Origin: an uncultured Chloroflexia bacterium
GTDB lineage: Bacteria; Chloroflexota; Anaerolineae; JAAYZQ01
Reading direction: 5' to 3'
Assembly: GCA_963700285.1 (NCBI GenBank)
Contig: CAVOXA010000010.1
Coordinates: forward strand, 544,001 to 608,000
Length of the DNA: 64,000 bases
Positions 29,927 to 41,361 of the stretch are shown in pieces (the stretch's first letter is position 1; the number at the start of each line of letters is the position of its first letter). Position numbers and translations under genes: made by a program. The notes below the pieces were generated by a model. The model did no database searches. It saw only the letters and a program-made list of their open reading frames with translations, and was not told the DNA's origin.

Positions 29927-32900
29927 TCAACTAGCACTTGTGTCAGGCAGCCATCTTTTCTTGCTCCGGACCTTCAACATTCTCTGGATCTCTTCAGGCG
30001 GAATGTCCTTGACAGTCTTTAGCAGCAACGCGACCTGCTCGACCTGGCCAGGTGTGTTCTCCTGGGCGATGATGGTCTGCGACATCTCTGCCACCGTGGG
30101 CGCTTCGAAGATCGTGCGCAGGGCCATGTCCAGCCGAAAGATCTCTCGTGTGCGAGAGATGATCTGTGTGGCCAGCAGCGAGTGTCCACCCAACTCGAAA
30201 AAGTTGTCGTGGATGCCGACTCGCTCGATCCCAAGAGCCTGGCTCCAGATGCTGACCAACACCTCTTCCACCGGTGTGCGAGGTGCTACGAACTCACCTT
30301 GCAGTTCATCGCGAGACCACTCTGGCGCAGGCAACGCGCGGCGGTCGACTTTGCCACTGGCCGTCAGCGGCAGATCATCCAGTACGATGATAGCGGAGGG
30401 CACCATGTATTCAGGCAGCTTTTCCTTTAGAAAGCCTTGTAGCTGCACAACTGTTGGTACTGGCCCCGGGGTGGGAACAATGTAAGCCACCAGGCGCTCA
30501 CGCTCAGTTTCTGGGTCTTTTCTGACCAGAACGAAGGCCTGTTGGACAGACGAATGTTGCGCCAAGACGGCCTCGATCTCTCCCAGTTCGACGCGGTAGC
30601 CACGGATCTTGACCTGTTGATCCATGCGGCCCAGGAACCGGATGTTCCCATCAGGGACATAGGATGCCAGATCTCCGGTCCTGTACATGCGCGCCCCTGG
30701 CTCGCTACTGAAGGGATTGGGGATGAAGCAGTTTGCAGTCAGACCAGGGCAGCCCCAATATCCCCGTGCCAGACCGGCACCTCCAATGTACAGTTCACCA
30801 GACACTCCCACCGGTACGGGCTGGAGATAGTTGTCCAGGACATAGGTCTGCTTATTGGCGATTGGACGTCCGATGGGGGAGGGAAGCCATCGGCAACACA
30901 CTCGCATAGGGTCGAACCAACGGTTGCCTCGGTTGGCCCGTAAGCATTGAAGAACCTGCGGCCGGGAGCCCAGCGGTCCACCAGCTCTGCTGGGCAAGCT
31001 TCTCCTCCCGCGATCACGACCTTGACCGCAGGAAGATCCTCTGTGGGGAGAAGTTGGAGCAATGATGGAGGCAAGTTGAGATGTGACACCCCGGTATCCC
31101 GCAAGAGTCGGATCATCTCGGGCCCAGGAATCAGGCTTTGCTCTGGCGCGAGTTGGAGCGTCGCACCGGCGCACAGAGGTCTGGTGACCTGAGCGATGGC
31201 GGCGTCAAAGCCCAAGGAGAAAGTTTGGAGAAAGCGTGTTCCGGGAAGTACCTCATAGGCGTCGATCTGCGCCAAAGTCAAATTGACCAACCCCTGGTGA
31301 TCGATCATTACCCCCTTGGGGCTGCCGGTTGATCCCGAAGTGAAGACCATATAAGCTATATGTGCTGGCGACAGCCCACCGCCTGGATCCTGTTCGCTCT
31401 CACGAGCGATGGAGCCATCTCCTCTGTCCAGACATACGCTACGGCCCGAGTAGCCAGACAGTCTGTCCAGCAGCTCCTCCGATGTGACCACCAACGAAGC
31501 TTGGGCGTTCTGCAGCATGAACGCCAAGCGTTTGCTTGGATATGTGGGATCCATCGGTACAAAGGCTGCCCCAGACTTGAGAATTCCCAGCAGACCCACC
31601 ACCCATTCCACTGAGCGTTTCATGCAGAGTCCTACCAGTATCTCAGGTTCTGCGCCCAGACTCCGCAAGTAATGGGCTAACTGGTTGGCCCGCTTGTTGA
31701 GCTCGCGGTAGGTAACCTGTTGTTCCTCAAAAGCCACGGCAACCGCATCAGGTGTTCGCTGTGCCTGGCGCTGGAATAACTCGTGCACACAGAGATCTCG
31801 GGGATAGTCCACCTGCGTATCGTTCCAGGCCACGAGCAGCTGATGTTGCTCAGCGTCTGTCAGCAGGGGCAGCTCTGCGATCCGCTGTTCTGGATCTGCC
31901 ACGGATCCCTCTAGCAGCCTAAGGAAATGACCCAACATGCGTCGGGCAGTTGCTGTCTCAAAAAGGTCGGTGTTGTACACTAGCTTTGCGTGCAGGCCGT
32001 TCTTGTTCTCTCGCAGGACCAGACTCAGATCATACTGCGCTGTGCCTCCCTGAGCGTCAAAGTCACCAGTACTAAGGCCTGGCAAGCGCAGGGCTTGGTC
32101 TGGCGCATTCTGGAGGACCAGCATTGCCTGAAACAGCGGGGTATAGCTCGGATCACGGACGGGCTGCAGTTCTTCTACCAGTTTCTCAAAGGGCAGTTCC
32201 TGGTGGGAGTAGGCTCCCAAACAGGTTTCTCGGACCTGGCTCAGAAACTGCCGGAAAGTGGGATTGCCGGAGAGGTCGCTGCGGAGGACAAGGGTATTGA
32301 CAAAAAAGCCGATCAGACCCTCGACTTCTGTTCTCGTGCGGTTAGCGATAGGCGAGCCGACGACGATGTCGGCCTGCCCTGTGTAGCGATGCAGCAATAC
32401 CTGAAAGGCAGCCAGAAGCGTCATAAAGAGGGTGACGTCTTCCTGCCAGCTCAAGCTCATGAGCGCGCCTGTCAGGCTTTTAGGCAGCATTGTGGCCTGT
32501 ACCGCGCCCTGGTAGGTCTGAGTACGGGGTCGTGGGTGATCGCTGGGCAAGTTTAGCAGTTGGGCAACCCCCGCAAGCTGCTGTTTCCAGTAGTCAAGTT
32601 GAGCATCTAGTGTGCTCCCCTTGAGCCATTCCCGCTGCCATAGGGCATAGTCGGCGTACTGGATGGGAAGTTCGGGTAGCGATGATGGCTCGCCAGCGGA
32701 GAACGCCTGGTAGAGCGCAAAGAGTTCGCGGAACAGGACATCCATTGACCAACCATCAGACACAATGTGATGCATGGTGAGCAGCAGTATGTATTCATCT
32801 TCTGCGAGCCAGAGCAAGGTCGTCCGAAGAAGCGGCCCCTGGGCCAGGTCGAAGGGTTGTCTGGCCTCCTTGTTTGCCAACCGCTGGGCCTCGGACTCCC

Positions 32901-33336
32901 GCTCATCCTCGGGCAACGATCGGAGATCGATCACCGGCAACGCCAAATCCTCGATGGGCATTTCGGCCCCCCTGAGGGAGGGCGCTGGGGCAAGGACCTG
33001 TACCGCTTGTCCGTGGACGGCCACGAACCTAGTGCGCAGAGTTTCGTGGCGTCGCTGGATCTCGAGTAGGCTCTGCTCAAGGGCGCCAGGTTTGAGCATA
33101 CCCGACAAGCGTACCGCCCGGGCGATATTGTACGCTGGGTTGCCGGGTTCCAGCTGATCGAGGAACCAGAGCCGTTCCTGGGCAAAGGACAGTGGGGCTC
33201 TGTCCTGCCGTCGTCGGGGAATAGACTCTGATCCTGCAAGCGAGGGCGGCGCACCCTGAGACCACTTGTCAAGCAGAGCTTGTTTTTCAGGGGAGAGCTT
33301 GGAACGCCGCCTCGCGAGATCCGTTCCTCGAGTCAT
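29927..33336 (-). CDS. NRPS module C-A-T (apparent homopolymer frameshift near 30877)
   Basis: C domain [11 protein letters not shown] and HHIVSDGWS; A domain [25 protein letters not shown] and GKVDR; [12 protein letters not shown]. Confidence 0.92.
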
Positions 33337-33351
33337 CTTCCCGTCACCTCG

Positions 33352-35229
33352 CTACGACTGTCCGGCACGCCGTGCTTCCTCTTCACTCAAGCTCTCCAAT
33401 CTGCTCAAGATGCTCTCCTCGATAATCAAGGCTTGGTCAGCCAAAACAGGCTCTCTAAATACTGAGGTCAGCGGCAACTCCACGGAAAAAACCTCTCGTG
33501 CTCGGGATACCAACCGGGTGGCCGAGATCGAATCACCGCCCAGGGCAAAGAAATTATCATAGGCTCCCACCTGGTCGAGGCTCAGCACCTCGGACCACAG
33601 CTTCGCCAATCCGGTCTCAAGAGCGGAAGACGGCGCAACGAAAATGGGGCTCAGCTCCTTGCCGAGTATCTCTGCAACTCGACGGCGTTGTACTTTTCCC
33701 ATCGAGTTTGTTGGCATCTGGTCGATAATGAGCACTTGACTGGGGACCTTGTGATCTGCTAGCCGCGCAAAGGCCCATTCCCGGAGTTCTTTCTCCGTGA
33801 CCATGGCGCCTTCCTGCAACACCACGGCAGCGGCGATATCTTCGCCAAGTGTTGGATGGGGTGCGGCAAAGGTGACAGCCTGGGATACGGCAGGGTGGTC
33901 CAGGAGGACATCGTCAATCTGCTTGGGTGCTATCTTTTCGCCGCCGCGGTTGATAATCTCTTTGATGCGGCCAGTGAAGAATAGATAGCCGTCCTCGTCC
34001 AAGTAGCCCTGATCCCCGGTTCTGAACCAGCCGTCGACGAAGGAGTTTCTGTTGGCTTCTGGATCATCCTCGTAGCCCCGAAACACGTTTTCCCCACGGA
34101 CAACGATCTCGCCGGTCTTGCCTGCTGCCAACAGACTTCCGCCTTCATCCATGATGGCCAGCTCGGGACCGGCAGCCTTTCCGGCGGAGCCATGCCTGCG
34201 CCTATGGGGAGGGAGGCGGTTGCCAGCCACGTGAGACGAAGCTTCAGTCAGGCCGTAAGCCTCGAGGGCAGGCACACCGAATACCTGTTCCAACCCTGCC
34301 ATGACCGGATGTGGCAGGGCGGCCGAGCGAGAGCAGATGAACCGCATGGGACGGCGGGAAATAACCTCCTGATTGGCCTCTGCCTCACCGAGTATGGCCA
34401 GATGCATGGTAGGAACTGCCGTGTACCACGTCGGGCTGAAAGCATCTACCCACTCGAAGAAACGGGAGGCATCAAAGCCTGGAGTACAGACAACGCTCCC
34501 GCCAGCTACCAGTGGAGCAAGGAGCGCAACGGCCAGGCCATGGATGTGATAAAGGGGCATGATGTTTAGGCATCGATCATCTGCGTCGAGTTCATAGGTA
34601 TCCCTCATGTGAATAGCCGAGGTCCCAAGATTGGTGTGGGTCAAGGGTACAAGCTTGGGCCGGGAAGTAGTCCCCGATGTATACAGCGCCAGGGCAACAT
34701 CACTGGGTTGGACGGTACCACATTTGGGCTTTCGGCGTCGATCGTTACTCTGGATCGTGAAAACGCCGGCTTCTGCCTCCAATGTGGGTGATAGCTCCAC
34801 GATAGGGATGCCCTGGGCTCGGGCCACGACCCTGGCTGGCGAATCCATGCCAGATCCCACAAGCAGCGCCTTTGCATGCAGATCGGATAGGTAGAATTCA
34901 AACTCCTCGCTACCATAGGCAGGATTAAGCGGTGCACTGGTGGCGCAGGATGACACCGCCAGGAAGGCTGCGGCCGTCTCCGGTCCGTTGGGCAGTACCA
35001 TCGCCACGCGGTCGTGGCGCCCCACACCTAGCGACTGCAGTGCACATACTGCATATTCGACTTGAGTACATAACCTGCGGTACGTCAGGGGCTGGCGGCT
35101 GGGCGACGCAATAGCCACAGCGCTAGGGCGGCGCTCTGCGTGGCCCTTGACGAGATCATAGATTGTCTCATGAGACCTTGCGCTTGCGTCAAGGCTCCCT
35201 TGTGCGGGCTGCTGCTGTGGTTGTATCAT
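33352..35229 (-). CDS. Acyl-adenylating enzyme (oxalate-CoA-ligase-like) fused to a carrier domain (A-T starter unit)
   Basis: YTSGTTSRPKLVPLTH, MPLYHIHGL, PTWYTAVPTMH, WFRTGDQG, INRGGEKI and GKVQR motifs; C-terminal PCP FFALGGDSI. Confidence 0.85.
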   Translation of the reverse strand: MIQPQQQPAQGSLDASARSHETIYDLVKGHAERRPSAVAIASPSRQPLTYRRLCTQVEYAVCALQSLGVGRHDRVAMVLPNGPETAAAFLAVSSCATSAPLNPAYGSEEFEFYLSDLHAKALLVGSGMDSPARVVARAQGIPIVELSPTLEAEAGVFTIQSNDRRRKPKCGTVQPSDVALALYTSGTTSRPKLVPLTHTNLGTSAIHMRDTYELDADDRCLNIMPLYHIHGLAVALLAPLVAGGSVVCTPGFDASRFFEWVDAFSPTWYTAVPTMHLAILGEAEANQEVISRRPMRFICSRSAALPHPVMAGLEQVFGVPALEAYGLTEASSHVAGNRLPPHRRRHGSAGKAAGPELAIMDEGGSLLAAGKTGEIVVRGENVFRGYEDDPEANRNSFVDGWFRTGDQGYLDEDGYLFFTGRIKEIINRGGEKIAPKQIDDVLLDHPAVSQAVTFAAPHPTLGEDIAAAVVLQEGAMVTEKELREWAFARLADHKVPSQVLIIDQMPTNSMGKVQRRRVAEILGKELSPIFVAPSSALETGLAKLWSEVLSLDQVGAYDNFFALGGDSISATRLVSRAREVFSVELPLTSVFREPVLADQALIIEESILSRLESLSEEEARRAGQS

Positions 35230-35248
35230 CGCGATCTCCCGAGCACAG

Positions 35249-38200
35249 CTATTCTCCGATCTCCCAAGTACCGTCTGCATATAGGACATGGACTTCACCC
35301 CGGGGGCCCACGAACAATTGTCCGCCAGCGAAAGGCTGGGCCATCGTCTCGAAACCCTGCTCCTCGACCAGCGCCCAGCCGGTGTTTGCCCCCGGCCCGC
35401 CCAACTGCTCCCGCCATATCTTGCCAAAGCCCCGCACCGGCTGCAGCAAACCTGCTGGCGGCGTCAAAGCCGGGTCGTCTGGCGGCTGGGACTCGTCCCA
35501 GGTGTCGGGGTAGCGCGCCCAGCTACCATCCGCCTCCAGAACATAGATCGCCTTTTCGTCAGCCCGCCAGAACATCAGCCCATACTCGAAGGGTTGGTAG
35601 GCCGCCGCGCTGCTGGCCGCACCGTCGGCGGGGCAGCGCAGCCTGGCTGCGATCTCTGTGTCTTCGTAAGTCCTGGCAAAGGGCCCAGCATGCGGTATCG
35701 CGCAGGGAGTTGCCCTGGCTCTCGCCCGCGGTGCAGGAGTGGGGACAGGCAACGCTGGCCACGCAACCGGACTGAGATCCAATGCAGTGGGGTCCACGCG
35801 AGCAGCACCGTTGTTGGTGCCGAACCACAACCAACCATCAACATCCTGGTTGATCGAGGCCACGTCGTTGGCCGGTAGGCCGTCCTGGGCCGTGAATTGT
35901 CGCCAGGATCTACCGTCGTAGCGGAAGGCTCCCGCGTGGGTGCCCACCCATACGGCGCCGTCGGCGTCTATATGCAGGGCCGACGCGCTCAGAGCCTTCT
36001 TTTCCTGGAGCGGCGGCAGTTCGCTCCACTGGCCCCCGGCACGGCGCCACACCGCTGCGTCAGAATGCAAGAGATAGGCTGTACCCTCGGGGCCAAGCTC
36101 GACCGCAGTGGCCTCCTGCCCTCCCCCACCGGTCCAGCCCTCCTCGCCGTAGAATACCAGCCCTCCGGCCGTGGCGGCCCACACGGTGCCCTACATCGTC
36201 GATCTCGATGTCGTTGATCCGCCAGCCGGTCAGCCCTTCAGGATCGGAGATGACTTCCCACTCCTGCCCATCCCAGCGCAAGAGTCCTGGCGCCTGGGCG
36301 CCGGCCCACACAGCTCCGTTGCGGCCGGCAGCGATGTCATACACAGCTCCGACAACATCCTCATCCGGGAAGGGCCGGGATGTCCAGGTACCCCCGTCAA
36401 AACTGGCAATGTCCGGGGGCAGGTCGCCACCAGCCCACAAGGTAGCGTCTGGGGCTACAGCGACGGCGCCAATGTACTGGCTGGGCAGGCCATCCGTGAT
36501 GGTATAGTGAGCCCGGATCGCACCTTCAGCATAGCGGGCCAGGCCGCTGCCCCAGGTACCTAGCCAGATGTCGCCGTTGGGTGTTGTCTCTATCTCGCCC
36601 ACCCACTCGCCCTCAAGAACCGTAGGCCACTGCTCCGTAGTGTGAACCGGCTCCCAGGACAGTTGCTCCGGATCCAGTGTCCAGAACTCGCCGGCATAGG
36701 TACCGACGAAGAGTCTGATGCTGTCCCATCGGGCAGGGCAAAAGTCGCGGCGGTTGCCAGCTTGTTGGTATAATCACGCCCGGCCAGGCGTTCGTCGCGC
36801 CAGCGTTCCCAGGTCTGGCCTCCATCGGTGGTGCGGAACAGGTCGAACTCGGTTAGGACGTAGGCGGTGTGATCGACGGCGAATGTGGGCGATTTTTGGA
36901 TGGACTGGACATAGAACTCGGGCTGGCCCGTGATGACCAATGGCTCCCAAGTCTGTGCGCCGTCGAGGCTGCGCTCTATCTGCTGACCATAGTCAGCGAT
37001 GCGGAATTGGACAGCAGGCTGGGCCCTGGCGGCTGGCAAAAGTTCCTCTGGCGGCGGCAGATCCGCAGCCTGCGAGTTAGTCATCACCAGTGTCCAGCTC
37101 AACCCTCTGTCAGTGGAACGGAATACGGAGGCGCCGCCTTGCCAGGGATTGATACGTTGGTAGTTGCTATAGGCCAGCAGTGTACCATCGGCGGCATAGT
37201 TGGGTGACACGGCAACATCCTGGACGCGCAGGTGAACGAGGTCTTTCCACACCGGTTGCCAGGTATCGCCGCCATCTGTAGAACGGTAGACGCCTTCGCC
37301 CCAAAACTCACCTTGGGCGCCGCCGGCAAACAAGGTTTGGTCGTTGGCGAAATCAGGCGAGAGTGCCAGGTCCAGCGTCAGGTACTGGCTCGAGGGCAGG
37401 CCGCCTCGCAGTTGGACCCAGGTTTGGCCGCCGTCGGTTGAGCGGTACACACAGCCGCTGTCCGCAGTCACAAAGAGTGTATGGTCCCGCGCATAGTCTG
37501 GAGAAGGCTGGATCGAGACTATCTTGCCTGCTGCCAACAGGTCATCGGGTTGCGGGCCAGGCTGGCCGGTAGATACTGGTTCAGGCCACCCACCCGTTTC
37601 CGAGAGCACAACCAGGTCACCACCGGCAAAAGCGTAGATTCGTCCCTCCTCTGTGTCCAGTGTATGGATACAGAGGGGGGAAGCGTACCGGCCGGTGTCA
37701 GTGCTGCCAGGTCGACCACCAGCATGTCATCGCCATGGGGGACGTACATCTGGCCGGTGTTGGGATTGGTGACACCTAGGCCAAGTCCGTCGCGCCAGGT
37801 CTGCAAGCTGCCTTCCAGATCGGAGACCAGGAGGTTGTTGTAGGATACGTAGCGGCTGTAGCGCTCGCCGCGGTAGATCAGGCCGTGCACTGCCTCGGAC
37901 AGCATCAGCTGCTGCCGGCAGCTGCGTTCCACAGACGGTGTCTGAGCCGGGTCGATGATCTCTGTGAGTGTGGTTGCGTCAAAGAAACGAGGCGCTGGTT
38001 CAGAACCCGGGCCCTTGCCTGCGGACAGGATGGTGACCTCTACAACCAACAGGTTTCGATCCGGATAGATGTGGGCGTCGGTCGCTGCCAGGCAACCATT
38101 GCACCAGGGCAGCGGCTGCTCCGTGATCTCGGGCAGAAGGTCACCGGTAATCCGCAGCGTGTCCGGATCGGCGATGTGAATCGAGTAGGCGACGATGTAA

Positions 38201-38925
38201 AGTTCGTCGCGAAGCGGATTGTAGACCGGGATGCCTGGCTGCGAGACTGTACCTACCTTGATCAAGGTCTCAGCGTCGTAAACGCGAACGTCGCCCCCAT
38301 GCTGATCGGTCATGACGGACACCGGATTGCCTACGTAGAGGCGTTCCCGCTTGCTGTCCAGCGCGACGCGGCCCCCAGGTGGGATGGTCCCCACAACTGT
38401 CAGATCTTCCGTGTCCACAACCGTCAGCTCGCCCTCGCCCTGTGGGGGTGAGACATAGAGCCGACTGTGGTCAGGGTCGAGTATCAGATTGCCAGATCCA
38501 GGCAAGCTGGCGACTTTCTGGTAGGTAGCCGCATCGAGGACGTGCAGTTGTCCCGAGGTATCGGTGACGTAAAGACGACCGGCAGCGCTGTCCAGCAGCA
38601 GATCATAGAGATAAGCATCGACCGGAGCCAAGGAGATGCGGGCCAAGGTTTCTGGTACCAGACCAGGCCCACCTGCGTGCGCTGGCGGACTAGCGGTTGG
38701 CTCGGGGGGCACCGTAGCAGGGGGTGAGGTGGGCACCGGGGTTGATGCGGATTCAGGGCTGGGAGGTACCGTTGCCGTGTCCACGGACTGGGGTATGGCA
38801 GAGGTGGGGGTAGGTGTGCCATGTGCCTCTGAAGTTGATGCCGGTGTTGCCTGATTGCAGGCGGCCAGGAAGAGCGCAGCCAGCAGCCAGAGGAGGATCC
38901 AAGGAGTCCTGCCCGTCCATTTCAT
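35249..38925 (-). CDS. Large multi-beta-propeller lipoprotein (three apparent frameshifts near 37675, 36720 and 36188)
   Basis: Lipobox LFLAAC, Pro/Thr linker, YncE-like propeller, Asp-box repeats (RSTDGGxTW), two-component-regulator-type propeller repeats (DGLP..), and a C-terminal domain with QPFEYGLMFW and QPVRGFGKIW. Confidence 0.75.
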
Positions 38926-38938
38926 GATAGAACCTCAT

Positions 38939-39583
38939 CTAGCCCTGCAGTAAGGGCGCCAGTTTCTCCCGCAGTAGAACCAGGGCCTGCTGGATCCGGG
39001 CCTGGTTCTCCGGCAGGTTGGGCCAAAGGCTGGCGCCTGAGGGATGGGGTAGGGGCAGGACCTGCCGTCCGTCCACTTTAAAAACCTGCCCCACGGCCTC
39101 GTCCAGGCGAATCTTTTGCCCAAGGAGGGTCTCTATGGCCAGGCCACCCACGGCCAGAAGCACACTGGGCGAGACCATTGCCAGTTCGCGGTCCAGAAAC
39201 GGCCTGCAGAGCTTTTGCTCGGCGCGGCTCGGTTTGCGATCACCTTTGCCACTGGGGTGTTTGCCAGGGTAGCACTTGGTCACGGCCGTCATATAGTATC
39301 GGGTCCGAAAGTCCACCTCTTCAAAGCCAACTTCACCCAGCCATTGGAACAGTCGCCGTCCCGATGAGGCATTGAATGGACGTTGAGCCTGGACTTCGGT
39401 CACGCCTGGCGCCTGGCCCACAAGCATCAAGGGCGCTGGCGCCGGGCCCGAAAAAATGGCCCCCGGTATGATGTCGTACCCGGACTCCAGGCACCTGCGG
39501 CAGGCGCGCATCTCGCGGCCCAGGGTTTCGACCGAAGCGGCCCCGATTGGGGCGATCTGGCCTTTGGCGTGCCCGTCTGTCAT
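38939..39583 (-). CDS. Uracil-DNA glycosylase superfamily protein
   Basis: CRRC, VGQAPG, KCYPG and LPHPSG motifs. Confidence 0.9.
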   Translation of the reverse strand: MTDGHAKGQIAPIGAASVETLGREMRACRRCLESGYDIIPGAIFSGPAPAPLMLVGQAPGVTEVQAQRPFNASSGRRLFQWLGEVGFEEVDFRTRYYMTAVTKCYPGKHPSGKGDRKPSRAEQKLCRPFLDRELAMVSPSVLLAVGGLAIETLLGQKIRLDEAVGQVFKVDGRQVLPLPHPSGASLWPNLPENQARIQQALVLLREKLAPLLQG

Positions 39584-39622
39584 CGAACCATCGTCCCCTT
39601 CCTCTTTGCCCGGACTGGGTGG

Positions 39623-40021
39623 CTAGCCCTCGTTCACGACGCGCACGGTGGATTCGACCTCGGCTGAAAGACTGGCATATACTGAGCAGTATTTCTCCTC
39701 CGAAAGATGGACCGCGTCAGAGGCCGCCTTCTGGGTCATGTTTGGACCTTTGATCACCCACTCTACTTCGATCTTTGTAATGCACCAGGGAGGATCAGGG
39801 TCGTTCTGCTTACTGACAGAGGCCTCGATAGCGGTGATCTTTTTTCGCTTTTTCTCCAGAATGCGTACGACATCGATGCCGGCACAGGTCACCAGTGAGA
39901 CCAACAAGAGCATAGGAGGTTTGAAACCCTGCCCCTCGCTATCGGTTACGACTACGTGCCCCGCTTCGTCGGTAGCCAAAAACTGTGCTCCACCAGTCCA
40001 TTTGACGTTTACGTCTGCCAT
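39623..40021 (-). CDS. OsmC family protein
   Basis: P..LLL.SL.TCAGIDV and EKYCSV motifs. Confidence 0.9.
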   Translation of the reverse strand: MADVNVKWTGGAQFLATDEAGHVVVTDSEGQGFKPPMLLLVSLVTCAGIDVVRILEKKRKKITAIEASVSKQNDPDPPWCITKIEVEWVIKGPNMTQKAASDAVHLSEEKYCSVYASLSAEVESTVRVVNEG

Positions 40022-40151
40022 GCTGCCTCCATAAAGGTTCTATTTTCCACGTCCCAAGCCCAGTGAGCAGGGAGCAGGATGAGGAACGGGTATCGAATCG
40101 GCGACGACTCGGATTCATGTCCTTTCCGTTGCGACTTGGATCCCCTTTGAG

Positions 40152-41165
40152 TCATGGTTTCAGGTAGACCATGCCGACGCCGAGCGCTTCCAGGGCTTCC
40201 TGGGCATAGTAACGGACGAGGTAACTTGGGTCCTCCAATGTGCCAAAAAGGGGAGTGATGGCGCTTTGGGATCCGATGCGACCCAGAGCTCGCACAGCCA
40301 GCAACCTGGCGTGAGAGCTGTCATCGGCCAACATTGCTGCCAGGGACTCAACGGCTGGCTCGCCGATCATGGAAAGGGCGTCGGCAGCGATACTGGCCAC
40401 AAAGGCACTCTCATCAGCCAGCAGGGCGGCCACGGCTGGCGCGGCCTGTCCATCGCCGACGCGCCCCAGGGCCAGAGCCGCGCAGGCGCGCATATCTGGA
40501 TCCGGGTCGGCCAGTGCGCTGGCCAAAGGTTCCACTGCGGCATGCCCTCCGACCTCAGCCAGCGCTCGCGCGGCCCACCAGCGGGCATCGGCGTCGTCCA
40601 TGACCAGCATCTCTGTCAATGGACCTATGGCAACCGGACCTAACCGGCCGAGAGCCAGGGCAGCCGCCTCGCGGTCTTTGTCGTTTCCAGTGCCCAGTGT
40701 TTGCAGGAGTTCCGCCAGTTGGTCACTCTCCATGTCTATCCTTCCCGCGCCAAGCATGTCAGAAAACCAATCGTCGCCGGGTAGCACTGGTACATGCACC
40801 AGGTGGGCTGGGCATCGGCAATCAGAAGCACCAAAGCCCGGCGCTACGATCTCGGCCTCAGGCAGGCGATGCAATGCAGAAGCCCAGAGGCACTCCAGGC
40901 GTCGCTGGGAAGACTGGCCCCAGGCGCCACCCCAGGTGCAATGCTCTCGCAGATAGTCGATGTGCCAATGTGCCCGTTTGCCGCTTTCTAGCCGGCGCCG
41001 ATGTCGCTTCAGCCGGGCCCGCAGCCCCCCGGGTCCCAGAGCGCTACCCACGTAGAGATACCAGCCCGCCGGGAACTCGATCTCGCCCAGCCGCCCGACA
41101 GAGGTGTCCAGATCGCTCCCTAGCCGCAGGGCCAAGATGTAGGTTCCAGGTTTGCGCCAATCCAT
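40152..41165 (-). CDS. DUF123/GIY-YIG-like nuclease fused to HEAT (PBS lyase-like) repeats
   Basis: GTYIL, YLYVGSALGPGG, HWHIDYL and GFGASDCRCPAHL, followed in frame by about 5 HEAT repeats (R..AA.ALG). Confidence 0.78.
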   Translation of the reverse strand: MDWRKPGTYILALRLGSDLDTSVGRLGEIEFPAGWYLYVGSALGPGGLRARLKRHRRRLESGKRAHWHIDYLREHCTWGGAWGQSSQRRLECLWASALHRLPEAEIVAPGFGASDCRCPAHLVHVPVLPGDDWFSDMLGAGRIDMESDQLAELLQTLGTGNDKDREAAALALGRLGPVAIGPLTEMLVMDDADARWWAARALAEVGGHAAVEPLASALADPDPDMRACAALALGRVGDGQAAPAVAALLADESAFVASIAADALSMIGEPAVESLAAMLADDSSHARLLAVRALGRIGSQSAITPLFGTLEDPSYLVRYYAQEALEALGVGMVYLKP

Positions 41166-41361
41166 TCGCCCGGTCGAGTACTCCACCCTTCCCCAGTAGT
41201 TCAGCCTAACACTGCCGGGAGTATAGCAGATTTCCGGGTTGTTGGCAATAGCCGCGTCAATCTCGCGCACCTCCTGGCAGATTCTCAGCTTTTGTGGCAT
41301 AATGGGTCAGTACATAGCGCTGGGTACTCTCCCGGCTTCCCACGAGGAAGGAGTATGGCTC

